DNA from: Anaerolineales bacterium
GTDB taxonomy: Bacteria; Chloroflexota; Anaerolineae; Anaerolineales; UBA11579
DNA: 64,000 bases
Assembly: GCA_019637675.1 (NCBI GenBank)
Contig: JAHBVE010000003.1
Span: 79,696-143,695, forward strand
Reading direction: 5' to 3'
Shown: in pieces, positions 1 through 7,806 of the stretch
Layout: every line of letters starts with the position of its first letter
How positions within the stretch are numbered: position 1 is the first letter of the stretch
Program-made: the position numbers and the translations under genes
The notes under the pieces: model-generated
The model's input: the letters and a program-made list of their open reading frames with translations, nothing else
What the model was told of the DNA's origin: nothing
Database searches by the model: none

Positions 1-510
1 ATACGTGGTGAGCGGGTGCCCGTCCAGGCTGGCGCTCAAATGCACCGGGCGCACCACCCGGCCGCGGCCCACCATGGCCTCGTTTAGGGCATGCCAGCTG
101 CCCACCACGGTGTCACCGCGGCGCAGGTCCACCTGCAGCAACATGCGCTTTTCCATCGAATAATCGCCGCTCACCAAACGCGGCAGTTGCTGCTGCCATT
201 CATCCGGCCCCAGCTCAATAAGAAATCCAAAATTGCCGTGGTTGATCCCGATCAGCGGGATGCTCAACGGCGCACACACTTGCCCCGCCCGCAGCATGGT
301 GCCGTCGCCCCCCAGGGCGATCACCAGATCGCTGCCCTTTTCCTTCAGCTGCTGCTGGGTGGCCTGGCCCTGCAGCAGACCGCTATCCGCCGCCAGCCCC
401 AGGCCTTGCAAAAAGCGCACCACGTCCTCGCACAGGCTGACCGCCTGCGCATTGCTGGCGCTGGCCAGTACCGCCACATGCTTGAACTTGCTCGCGCGCG
501 TCTCACCCAT
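1..510 (-). CDS. nadK: NAD(+) kinase, C-terminal part cut off by the window edge
   Basis: Absent from the ORF track because it is open at the edge. My reverse-strand translation from the ATG (complement of 508-510) reads MGETRASKFKHVAVLASASNAQ...DLVIALGGDGTML...LIGINHGNFGFL, giving the GGDGT and NxG..GFL NAD-kinase motifs. Confidence 0.85.
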   Translation of the reverse strand, partial: MGETRASKFKHVAVLASASNAQAVSLCEDVVRFLQGLGLAADSGLLQGQATQQQLKEKGSDLVIALGGDGTMLRAGQVCAPLSIPLIGINHGNFGFLIELGPDEWQQQLPRLVSGDYSMEKRMLLQVDLRRGDTVVGSWHALNEAMVGRGRVVRPVHLSASLDGHPLTTY

Positions 511-514
511 AGGC

Positions 515-1030
515 TTAGTGTATCCGTTCACTACATACCTGGCGGTAACCGCAGGCGGCGCAGCGCGCCGCCGTGCTGTGCGAGCGGTGCAGCTCGCCCT
601 GCCGCAGCCCCTGGCGCATCGCCGCCAGCAGGCTCAGCACCTGCGCTTCCAGCGCCGCGCTGAACTCCACCCGGAAGCTGCGCTCCGGGTAGCGGATGAT
701 GCCGTAGGCTGGCCGCTGCTCGAACTGGCGCGCCACCAGCACGCAGTACGCCGCCAGCTGATAAATATGCGATTGGTATGGCTGCCGCGGTGTGCGCCCG
801 CTCTTGACTTCCACCGGCACCAGACCGTCCCCGTTCTGAACCAAATAATCGGGCCGGCCGATCAAACCCAGCGCTTCGTCCATCAACGGCTGCTCCAGCC
901 GCCGCTCGACGCCCGTGTCCGAGTACAGCACCTGCCCGCTCGGCAAGCCCAGCGCGCTGCGCTGGCGCGTGCTAACCCACAAGAGCACTACCGCCAACAC
1001 CAGCAGAACCAGAGCGACCGTGGCGTACAT
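515..1030 (-). CDS. Cas4/RecB-like PD-(D/E)XK nuclease, C-terminal core half with an N-terminal hydrophobic helix
   Basis: GRPDYLV...VPVEVKSG fits the D...ExK core and QSHIYQLAAY fits QxxxY. The C-terminal CAACGYRQVC is the Cx2Cx5C of the Cas4 Fe-S site. Residues 2-20 are hydrophobic. It lies in the same frame as ORF 1034..1267. Confidence 0.7.
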   Translation of the reverse strand: MYATVALVLLVLAVVLLWVSTRQRSALGLPSGQVLYSDTGVERRLEQPLMDEALGLIGRPDYLVQNGDGLVPVEVKSGRTPRQPYQSHIYQLAAYCVLVARQFEQRPAYGIIRYPERSFRVEFSAALEAQVLSLLAAMRQGLRQGELHRSHSTAARCAACGYRQVCSERIH

Positions 1031-1033
1031 ACA

Positions 1034-1267
1034 TCAGCCCAGGAATTGCGCACCCAGCAAGATCAACGCCACCAGCACCAGCCCGGCCGCCACGACCCGC
1101 AGCCCGCGGGCCATCTGCCAGCCACGCCCGTGCCGGGCGTGCTGGCGCGTGCCTTCGGCCAGCTCCTGCACGTTGGCGCTGGCTGCGCCTTGCAGGCGCA
1201 GCCACCAGGCGCGTTGGCAATACAAATACTCGCCGATCTCAGACGCTTTGATCCACTGCACGCTCAT
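1034..1267 (-). CDS. Cas4-like N-terminal fragment (first cluster cysteine) ending in a hydrophobic helix
   Basis: IKASEIGEYLYCQRAWWL resembles the Cas4/DUF83 N-terminus carrying the first Fe-S cysteine. A C-terminal helix LRVVAAGLVLVALILLGAQFLG follows. The ORF stops at TGA, then TGT, then the ATG of the next ORF, all in frame. Confidence 0.55.
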   Translation of the reverse strand: MSVQWIKASEIGEYLYCQRAWWLRLQGAASANVQELAEGTRQHARHGRGWQMARGLRVVAAGLVLVALILLGAQFLG

Positions 1268-1905
1268 GCGTCCTTCAGTTTGTCTTCCAGGCTCTGCAGG
1301 CTGGCTTCCAGCCGCTGCTGGCGCAGACTGATGGTCATATCGCCGCGCGTACGCTCCACCAGACTGCGACAGATGTCCGTCAGGCGGCGCAGCCCGCGCG
1401 TGACCGCGTCGGGATAATCCATCGTCACCAGCACCGCGTAAATATCATCCATCTGGCCCAGCAGGCGCTCGGCCTCTTCCGAATGGCCGTGGCGCAAAAT
1501 ATCCAGGCAGCGGCGGCGCAGTTCGCCCGCCGCTTCCGACAGGCCTTGCAGATACGTGGCCGATTCCACTTTCAGGTCTTGCGGGCTGGGCAAGCTGCCA
1601 TTGTTCACCAGCGCATGCACGATGTTGGCTTCGGCATACTCCTTCAGCGCGTCCTGCGTGTATCCGGCAAAGTACAGGTCGGGGAATTCTTTCAAACCGG
1701 CCCGCAACACGTCCGCCAGGTCGGCCGCCGCCTTCAGCTCAGCTGCGGCGGTGTCGTGCTCATCCCGGTGGATGGCGCGGATCGCCTGTGAGCAGTGGCG
1801 CGTCAACTGGCGCGCCTGGCCCAACGCCGCATCCCGCGCCGCGGTCTGGGCGTCAAAATCAGCGCGGATGCTATCGGCGATCTGTTCCAAGCGCTCCATG
1901 CTCAA
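1264..1905 (-). CDS. Translin/TRAX-family protein
   Basis: All-helical 213 aa with KEYAEA and YLQGLSEAAGELRRR, which match my recollection of translin/TRAX signature regions. It shares 4-nt ATGA-type overlaps with both neighbouring genes. Confidence 0.7.
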   Translation of the reverse strand: MSMERLEQIADSIRADFDAQTAARDAALGQARQLTRHCSQAIRAIHRDEHDTAAAELKAAADLADVLRAGLKEFPDLYFAGYTQDALKEYAEANIVHALVNNGSLPSPQDLKVESATYLQGLSEAAGELRRRCLDILRHGHSEEAERLLGQMDDIYAVLVTMDYPDAVTRGLRRLTDICRSLVERTRGDMTISLRQQRLEASLQSLEDKLKDA

Positions 1906-2270
1906 CTCTTCGGTTCTTCGCCGTCAGGCGACTGGATGGATTTGAACAGGTCGTCCGCCAGGCTCTTGCCCGCCGGCAGTTTGATCTCACCGAATTGCTT
2001 CTCGTACTTGGCAATGTTCTCGCTTAAAGCACGCTGCAACAGCTTGGCGCTCAGGGGCGACATGAGCACGCGCGATTTGATGATGATGTCCAGCTCACCC
2101 GGCAGTAAACGCCCAAAGTCGAACACCATCTCGGCCGGCGAGTGCGCCACGCGCACCACATTGCTGTACAGCACTTCGGTGCCGGGCGGGATCACCAGCC
2201 GCGGGCGGGCCTGGCCTGGGGCGGGTTGCCCCGCCCCAGGCGAATTCTTGGGATTGGTGGGCTCAGCCAT
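1902..2270 (-). CDS. DUF3467-like small protein
   Basis: YSNVVRVAHSPAEMVFDFG...VLMSPLSAKLLQRAL...YEKQFGEI matches the DUF3467 pattern as I recall it. It sits directly downstream of ssb. Confidence 0.6.
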   Translation of the reverse strand: MAEPTNPKNSPGAGQPAPGQARPRLVIPPGTEVLYSNVVRVAHSPAEMVFDFGRLLPGELDIIIKSRVLMSPLSAKLLQRALSENIAKYEKQFGEIKLPAGKSLADDLFKSIQSPDGEEPKS

Positions 2271-2276
2271 GGCTGC

Positions 2277-2732
2277 CTAGAACGGGATCTCGTCCTCGCT
2301 GCCGCCCATCATGCCGTCGGGCTCAGAGGGCAGGCCGCCGTACTCGCCGCCGCCCATGTCACCCCCGCCGCCGCCACCGCCGCCGCGCCCACCCAGGAAC
2401 ACGACCCGCTCGGCCGTCACCTCGTACGAGGCGGCCGGCGTGCCGTCCTGGCGGGTCCACACCCGCGGGCCGCCGCTGGCTTTGTCGGGCGTCATGCGCC
2501 CTTCGATCATCACCTGGCTGCCGGTCTTCAGGTACTGGTTGCAGATCTCGGCCTGGCGTCCCCACGCCGAAATGCGGAACCACACGGTTTCCTTGATCTT
2601 CTCGCCGTTCGAGCCGGTGTATTGGCGGTTGCTGGCCACATTGAAGTTGGTCACCGCCTGGCCGCCCGGGGTATAGCGCATTTCAGGGTCACGCCCCAAA
2701 TTGCCTACGATTGTGATCTTGTGATAAGACAT
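2277..2732 (-). CDS. ssb: Single-stranded DNA-binding protein
   Basis: OB-fold N-terminus ITIVGNLGRDPEMRYTPGG, a Gly-rich linker and an acidic tip DEIPF. Confidence 0.95.
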   Translation of the reverse strand: MSYHKITIVGNLGRDPEMRYTPGGQAVTNFNVASNRQYTGSNGEKIKETVWFRISAWGRQAEICNQYLKTGSQVMIEGRMTPDKASGGPRVWTRQDGTPAASYEVTAERVVFLGGRGGGGGGGGDMGGGEYGGLPSEPDGMMGGSEDEIPF

Positions 2733-2932
2733 GTTTCCTCCAGAAAAATAGGTATCAAAACAAACTCAGTCTGTTAGCCAATAGTTTGTGCATATTCAAT
2801 TTTGCGTCGGATGGGGCTCCTTTTCGTATGAGCGGCTGGGTAAGTTTCCCGGGCTGCTGCGCCCGGTGCTGGTCGAAGAATTCGCTCACCGACCCTGAAA
2901 TTATAGACCAAATGTGCGAACCGAGTCAATAT

Positions 2933-3697
2933 CTAGCGATCCACCTGCCATACCTTGAGGTTTGAGAAGCTCACCGAGACATCCCGGTCGCTGGAGGTGT
3001 GCACATACACGCCCACCGCACCCTGGAACAGCAGCGAGTCGGTCACGCTGAACAGGTAGATATCATTCACAAAAAAGTGCAGTTGGCTGCCCGCCGCCCA
3101 CACCCCCAGCCGGCTCGTGCCCGGCGCGATCGAGGGAATCGTGCCGCTGCTCACCCAGCCCGCCTGGCGGCTCAGGCTGCCGCTGTGGAAGCGGTCCACC
3201 TTGGCGCGCCCATCGCACGACAGCGCAAAGCGGAAGTGATTGCCATCCAGCGCCCGCACCAGCAGGCCGTACTCATCATCCACATTGCAAAAATTGGTCG
3301 TGGCGGTGATCTCGGCGTAAAAATCGCCGAAGATCGGGCTGTTGCGTGTGCTGAACAGATAGCTGCGCGTCGCATTCAGCACCAGGTTCATGCGCCCATT
3401 GCTGATCTGGGCGCTGCCGTCCGCGTTCGTGCTGGTTGGCCAGAACACGGCATCGCTGAAATCATCCTCCAGCAGCAGCTGGCCGATCCCCGGGCGCATG
3501 TCGGCGGTCGGGTTGACCACCGGCGTGGGGAACGGCGAGGGTGTCGGCGTCGCCGGGAACCACACCGGCGTCTCCGTGGCTGTCGCCGTTGGCTCCAGCT
3601 CCGGCTCCGCCGTGGGCTCCATCACCTGCGGCATGATGCAGCCCGCCAGTAAGGCGGCCGCCGCCAGCAACGTCAAAAAAGGACTACGCAACATCAC
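2933..3697 (-). CDS. Lipoprotein of unknown function, probably a ConA/LamG-like beta-sandwich
   Basis: Signal peptide with lipobox LLAGC, a Pro/Thr-rich linker, then a beta-rich domain. No catalytic motif recognised. Confidence 0.6.
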   Translation of the reverse strand: MMLRSPFLTLLAAAALLAGCIMPQVMEPTAEPELEPTATATETPVWFPATPTPSPFPTPVVNPTADMRPGIGQLLLEDDFSDAVFWPTSTNADGSAQISNGRMNLVLNATRSYLFSTRNSPIFGDFYAEITATTNFCNVDDEYGLLVRALDGNHFRFALSCDGRAKVDRFHSGSLSRQAGWVSSGTIPSIAPGTSRLGVWAAGSQLHFFVNDIYLFSVTDSLLFQGAVGVYVHTSSDRDVSVSFSNLKVWQVDR

Positions 3698-3741
3698 GGG
3701 CGCAATTATAGCCAGCGCTAAGCGAGTAGAATCTGAGACCT

Positions 3742-4083
3742 ATGCGCATCCTCATACGCTCCAAGATCCACAACGCCACCGTCACCGAGGCCAACCTGGC
3801 CTACATCGGCAGCATCACCATCGACGAAGAATTGGTGGAACGCGCCGGCCTGTGGCCCGGCGAAAAAGTGCTCGTGGTCAGCAACACCACCGGTGAACGG
3901 CTGGAGACCTACGTCATCGTCGGCCCGCGCGGCAGCGGCACCATCACCATGAACGGCGCCGCCGCGCATCTCATCAAAGCCGGCGAGCAGGTCATCATCA
4001 TGGCCTTCGAGATCAGCGCTGAGCCGGTCGAAGCGACTTTTATTCTGGTAGACGAGAACAATAAGTTCGTGCGCTATCTCTAG
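3742..4083 (+). CDS. panD: Aspartate 1-decarboxylase
   Basis: MRILIRSKIHNATVTEANLAYIGSITID includes the Gly-Ser self-processing site. The length of 113 aa is typical. Confidence 0.92.
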   Translation: MRILIRSKIHNATVTEANLAYIGSITIDEELVERAGLWPGEKVLVVSNTTGERLETYVIVGPRGSGTITMNGAAAHLIKAGEQVIIMAFEISAEPVEATFILVDENNKFVRYL

Positions 4084-4140
4084 GCGCACCGCCTAGTTCT
4101 TCCCCTCACGCTTTTGCGAATACTGAGGCGGTGCGCCACT

Positions 4141-5148
4141 TTACGCCTGATATCGCTGGCGAATGTTAGGCACCAGGTACTCATCAAAACAGCGCTGCAA
4201 GTCGTACTCCGGCGCCCAGCCCCAGTCAGCCCGCGCTGCGCTGTCATTGATCCCCATCGGCCAGCTATCCACAATGCCCTGGCGCTTCGCATCCGGCGCA
4301 AAGCTGATCTGCGCCTGCGGGAACGCCGCCAGCACCTGCTGTCGAAACTCCTCCGCAGACAAACTGAAACTGTTCACGTTATAGGCCGTGCGGCTCAGCG
4401 CCTGGCGTGGCGTCGCCGCCAGCGTCAGCATCGCCTTGACTCCATCCGGCATCGCCATGAACGCGATTGTGGTATCCGGGCGCACGAAGCAGGCATACGG
4501 CTTGTCCTGCGCCGCGGCATGCAGCATCTCCGGCCCATAGTCACTGGTGCCACCTGTCGGCAGCGTAAACGCGCTGATCAGCCCCGGAAAACGCAACGCC
4601 CGGAAATCCAGCAAAGCCGCCGGCGCATCCCCCAGCTGCTTATACCGGCGTGAGTAGTACGCGCCCAGCAACTCCACCGCCAACTTGTTGGCGCCGTACA
4701 CCGTATCCGGGTGCAGCCACTCATCCTCTTTCACGCGCGGGTGCGCCGCCTTCGTTTCGAGGTCCGGCATGCCGTAGATCGCCTTGGAGCTGGGGAAAAT
4801 GAACTTGACCGCCTGCCCCCGCGCCGCAGACTGGGCCGCAGCCAGCTCTAAAAGCAAAACGCTGGCATCCACGTTCACCTCGTGGGCCAGCGCCGGGGAA
4901 TGCTCCGCTCGCGTGGAGAGCAAAGCCGCCAGATGATAGATAGTGTCAAAGGTGTACTCCGCCCCCAGGCGCTCGATCAGCGCCTTGTCCGTGATGCTGC
5001 CGGTCACATGCGTGGTTTCGCCGGCCAGCTCTTCCGGCATCGCCGCCAGATCCAACGTGACGATGCGGGCATTGCCAGCCAGTTCGCGCACCAGGGCCTG
5101 GCCAATTTCGCCGGCTGCGCCAGTGATTAAGACAACGGGTTTGCTCAT
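4141..5148 (-). CDS. NAD-dependent epimerase/dehydratase family protein (extended SDR, L-threonine 3-dehydrogenase-like)
   Basis: Internal start MSKPVVLITGAAGEIG (GxxGxxG) is preceded by GAAAGAGG. The track ORF extends upstream to a GTG at 5280 through the lexA promoter region, which is unlikely. Confidence 0.75.
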   Translation of the reverse strand: MSKPVVLITGAAGEIGQALVRELAGNARIVTLDLAAMPEELAGETTHVTGSITDKALIERLGAEYTFDTIYHLAALLSTRAEHSPALAHEVNVDASVLLLELAAAQSAARGQAVKFIFPSSKAIYGMPDLETKAAHPRVKEDEWLHPDTVYGANKLAVELLGAYYSRRYKQLGDAPAALLDFRALRFPGLISAFTLPTGGTSDYGPEMLHAAAQDKPYACFVRPDTTIAFMAMPDGVKAMLTLAATPRQALSRTAYNVNSFSLSAEEFRQQVLAAFPQAQISFAPDAKRQGIVDSWPMGINDSAARADWGWAPEYDLQRCFDEYLVPNIRQRYQA

Positions 5149-5246
5149 GGGCCTCTTTCGGGGGCTAAGTGGCAGGCGCCGCTCAGGGCAGATTATAAAA
5201 CAATGCCTCGAGCCGCCCCATTTGCGGCCTTCATTTTCACTTGACG

Positions 5247-5262
5247 CAGAACGCCTGTTCAT
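5247..5262. promoter_or_regulatory. LexA (SOS) operator, GAAC-N4-GTTC type, inside the lexA promoter
   Basis: cAGAACgcctGTTCat has GAAC at 5249-5252 and GTTC at 5257-5260. It lies between a TTGACG (5241-5246) and a TATTCT (5265-5270), about 55 nt upstream of the lexA ATG. Confidence 0.7.
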
Positions 5263-5318
5263 GTTATTCTGGCATAGCACAAATGACCTAAGATCAGGCC
5301 AGGTGCAGGAGCAGGCAT

Positions 5319-6020
5319 ATGATGATGGCTAAAAGACGCAAAGGCTTGAGCGAGCGCCATAAGAAGATCCTCGACTTGCTTGAGCGCTATCAGGACGAGA
5401 ACGGCTACCCGCCCTCCATCCGTGAGATCGGCAAGCAGACCGGCATCTCTTCCACCTCGGTGGTCAACTACTACCTCAACCAGCTGGAAGAAGAAGGCTA
5501 CATCGAGCGCGACCGCAAGATTTCGCGCGGCGTGCGCCTCGTCAAGGGCGTCACCGCCGCCGCCAACGCGGTGCGTGAAACCATCGAAGAGCTCATCAAG
5601 GTGCCCGTGGTTGGCCGCATTGTCGCCGGCTCCCCCATGCCTGTCCCCGGCTCCGATTTCGCCTACTACGATCAGGACAGCGGTGTGGAGATCGCCCGCA
5701 GCCTGCTCGGCCCGGGCGACAAAGAGGAAGACCTCTTCGCCCTCGAAGTCCAGGGTGACTCCATGGTGGATGCCATGGTCAACGATGGCGACATCGTCGT
5801 CATGAAGAAGGCTCAGGACGCCCGCAACGGTGAAATGGTCGCCGTCTGGCTGACCGACCGTGACGAGACCACCCTCAAATACTTCTACAAAGAGAACGGC
5901 GGCATCCGCCTGCAGCCCGCCAACCCCACCATGCAACCCATCTTTGTCGATAACCCCCGCGCCGTCCAGGTGCAGGGCAAGGTGGTCATGGTCATTCGCC
6001 AGATGGGCGCGCCCAACTAA
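5319..6020 (+). CDS. lexA: LexA repressor
   Basis: wHTH region PSIREIGKQTGISSTSVVNYYLNQLEEEGYIER, Ala-Gly cleavage site VAGSP, and the GDSM / VVMKK Ser-Lys dyad. Confidence 0.95.
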   Translation: MMMAKRRKGLSERHKKILDLLERYQDENGYPPSIREIGKQTGISSTSVVNYYLNQLEEEGYIERDRKISRGVRLVKGVTAAANAVRETIEELIKVPVVGRIVAGSPMPVPGSDFAYYDQDSGVEIARSLLGPGDKEEDLFALEVQGDSMVDAMVNDGDIVVMKKAQDARNGEMVAVWLTDRDETTLKYFYKENGGIRLQPANPTMQPIFVDNPRAVQVQGKVVMVIRQMGAPN

Positions 6021-6045
6021 CGCCAGCTTCGTCATATAGATAAAT

Positions 6046-6073
6046 AAAAGCCGCTCAATTGAGCGGCTTTTTT
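6046..6073 (+). terminator. Rho-independent terminator after lexA
   Basis: aaaagccgctc-aatt-gagcggctttt followed by a T run. Confidence 0.8.
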
Positions 6074-6169
6074 GTTCAGTCAGGAGCTGACGGCTCGCCA
6101 AGGCGCTGCTCCAAAGACAGGGTGATTCTCATCAGCGCATCTATTCGTCTTGCGCTTAGAATACGGCCC

Positions 6170-7135
6170 ATGCCAATGCCAAGCCAAGAACGCATTTTTG
6201 TCACCCTCCTGCGCGAGATCGCCGCAGAGCAAGGCTACACCCTGACCCCCTTCTCGCAAGATTGGATCTTGCGCTTCGAAAAAGCGGGCCAGGCGCGTCA
6301 TACCTTTGGCTTCAACTTTGAGATCAATTCAACCACTGCTTACATGCTGGCCGGCGACAAGGCCGCCGTTGCCGCCGTGCTGCAACACCAGGCCGTCCCC
6401 CACATTGAACACCGCTTCTTCATCAACCCGAACCGCAGCACCTATGTGCCAGAGACTGGCCACTGGCCCGCCATCCTGGCTTACGCGCAGAAGCAGAACT
6501 ACAACCTGGTCGCCAAGCCCAACGAGGGCACCGGCGGGCTGGGCGTGGTGCGCGTCACCAACCAGGCCCAGCTTGAAAAGGCCGTTCTCAGCATTTTCCA
6601 AAAGGGCCAGTCACTCAGCCTGTCGCCATATTACGACATCCACAACGAATATCGCCTCATCATGCTCGACGGCGAGTGCCAGCTGGCCTACGCCAAACAG
6701 CGCCCGCAGGTCAGCGGAGACGCAACCGCCAGCCTGCGCGTCCTGATCGAGCGCCAGCTGCTGGCTGGCGCTATCACACAGGCCCAGGCCGCCGAAGCGC
6801 TGGAGCAGCACCGCGACCGGCTTGATGAGGTGCTGCCCGCCGGCCAGACCCTCACCATCGGCTGGAAGCACAACCTCGGCGCCGGCTCGGCCCCCCAGCT
6901 GCTCGATACCAACCCCCTGCTGGAGCTGCTGCTGCCGCTCGCCATCGCCGCCCAGCAAGCCATCAACATTCGCTTCGCTTCGATCGACATCGTCGAGATC
7001 GAAGGCAGCCTGCGCGTGCTCGAGGTCAACTCCGGCATCATGATGGAGCATTTCGTCCAGCACCAGCCCCAGCACCGCGACACCGCCAAGGCTATCTACG
7101 CCCGCGCCCTCGAAAAGATGTTCGCCTCGCGCTGA
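6170..7135 (+). CDS. ATP-grasp domain protein (RimK/CphA-N-like ligase)
   Basis: NLVAKPNEGTGGLGV, EYRLIMLDGE, WKHNLGAGS and LEVNSG are ATP-grasp-like segments. I chose the start at MPMPSQ because the track ORF begins inside the lexA terminator. Confidence 0.65.
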   Translation: MPMPSQERIFVTLLREIAAEQGYTLTPFSQDWILRFEKAGQARHTFGFNFEINSTTAYMLAGDKAAVAAVLQHQAVPHIEHRFFINPNRSTYVPETGHWPAILAYAQKQNYNLVAKPNEGTGGLGVVRVTNQAQLEKAVLSIFQKGQSLSLSPYYDIHNEYRLIMLDGECQLAYAKQRPQVSGDATASLRVLIERQLLAGAITQAQAAEALEQHRDRLDEVLPAGQTLTIGWKHNLGAGSAPQLLDTNPLLELLLPLAIAAQQAINIRFASIDIVEIEGSLRVLEVNSGIMMEHFVQHQPQHRDTAKAIYARALEKMFASR

Positions 7136-7147
7136 TAAAATCCTTGC

Positions 7148-7798
7148 GTGCCCGCGCGCGTTGCCATCCCCCGCTCCAAGCGCATCTTTGACCTTGTTCT
7201 GACCCTGCTGGCGCTGCCGCTGCTGCTGCCTCTGGTGCTGCTCATCGGTCTGCTGGTGCGCATATTCCTTGGCCGCCCGGTCCTGTTCCGCCAGCCGCGC
7301 CCGGGCATCGGTGGCCTGCCCTTCATGCTCTACAAGTTCCGCACCATGCAGGACGCCCTGGGGCCAGACGGCCAACCCCTGCCGGATGCCCAGCGCCTCA
7401 CCGGCTTCGGCCGCCTGCTGCGCGCCAGCAGCCTCGACGAGCTGCCCGAGCTCTGGAACGTGCTGCGCGGCGAGATGAGCCTCGTAGGTCCGCGCCCCCT
7501 CCTCATGAAATATCTCGACCGTTACACGCCCCAGCAGTTCCGCCGCCACCTCACCCTGCCCGGCATGACCGGCTGGGCTCAGATCAACGGCCGCAACAAC
7601 GTCTCGTGGGAAGACAAGTTCGCCCTGGATGTCTGGTACGTCGATAACTGGTCGCTGTGGCTCGACATCAAGGTCCTGCTCCTCACCCCGCTCAAAGTCC
7701 TGCGCCGCGAGGGCATCAACCAGCCCGGCAACGCCACCGCCATGGAATTCATGGGCAGCAACCCGCCAGCCCCGGGCGAAAAAGGCCGCCCGTTATAA
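7148..7798 (+). CDS. Small monotopic phosphoglycosyl transferase (bacterial sugar transferase, PglC/WbaP C-domain type)
   Basis: RIFDLVLTLLALPLLLPLVLLIGLLV re-entrant helix, then PVLFRQPRPG, YKFRTM and DELPELWNVLRGEMSLVGPRP. Confidence 0.85.
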   Translation: MPARVAIPRSKRIFDLVLTLLALPLLLPLVLLIGLLVRIFLGRPVLFRQPRPGIGGLPFMLYKFRTMQDALGPDGQPLPDAQRLTGFGRLLRASSLDELPELWNVLRGEMSLVGPRPLLMKYLDRYTPQQFRRHLTLPGMTGWAQINGRNNVSWEDKFALDVWYVDNWSLWLDIKVLLLTPLKVLRREGINQPGNATAMEFMGSNPPAPGEKGRPL

Positions 7799-7806
7799 TC
7801 CGCGCC

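Noticed and set aside
1034-1036. The in-frame TGA between the two Cas4-like halves as a selenocysteine codon.
   Set aside because: I see no SECIS-like hairpin immediately downstream, no sel genes in the window, and no reason for Sec at a helix-helix junction. Read-through, reinitiation or error are more economical explanations. It is kept as a finding, but not as Sec.
233-1417. Long ORFs antisense to or out of frame with well-supported genes. Examples: 233..1417+, 6611..7549-, 8762..10042-, 11842..12810-, 16579..17811-, 19630..21243+, 26595..27854+, 28468..29859+, 39101..40945-, 43941..45719-, 47044..48225+.
   Set aside because: They are Arg/Ala/Gly/Pro/His-rich with no motifs. Each fully overlaps a gene with clear family signatures on the other strand or frame. 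This is the expected artefact of stop-codon scarcity in high-GC DNA.
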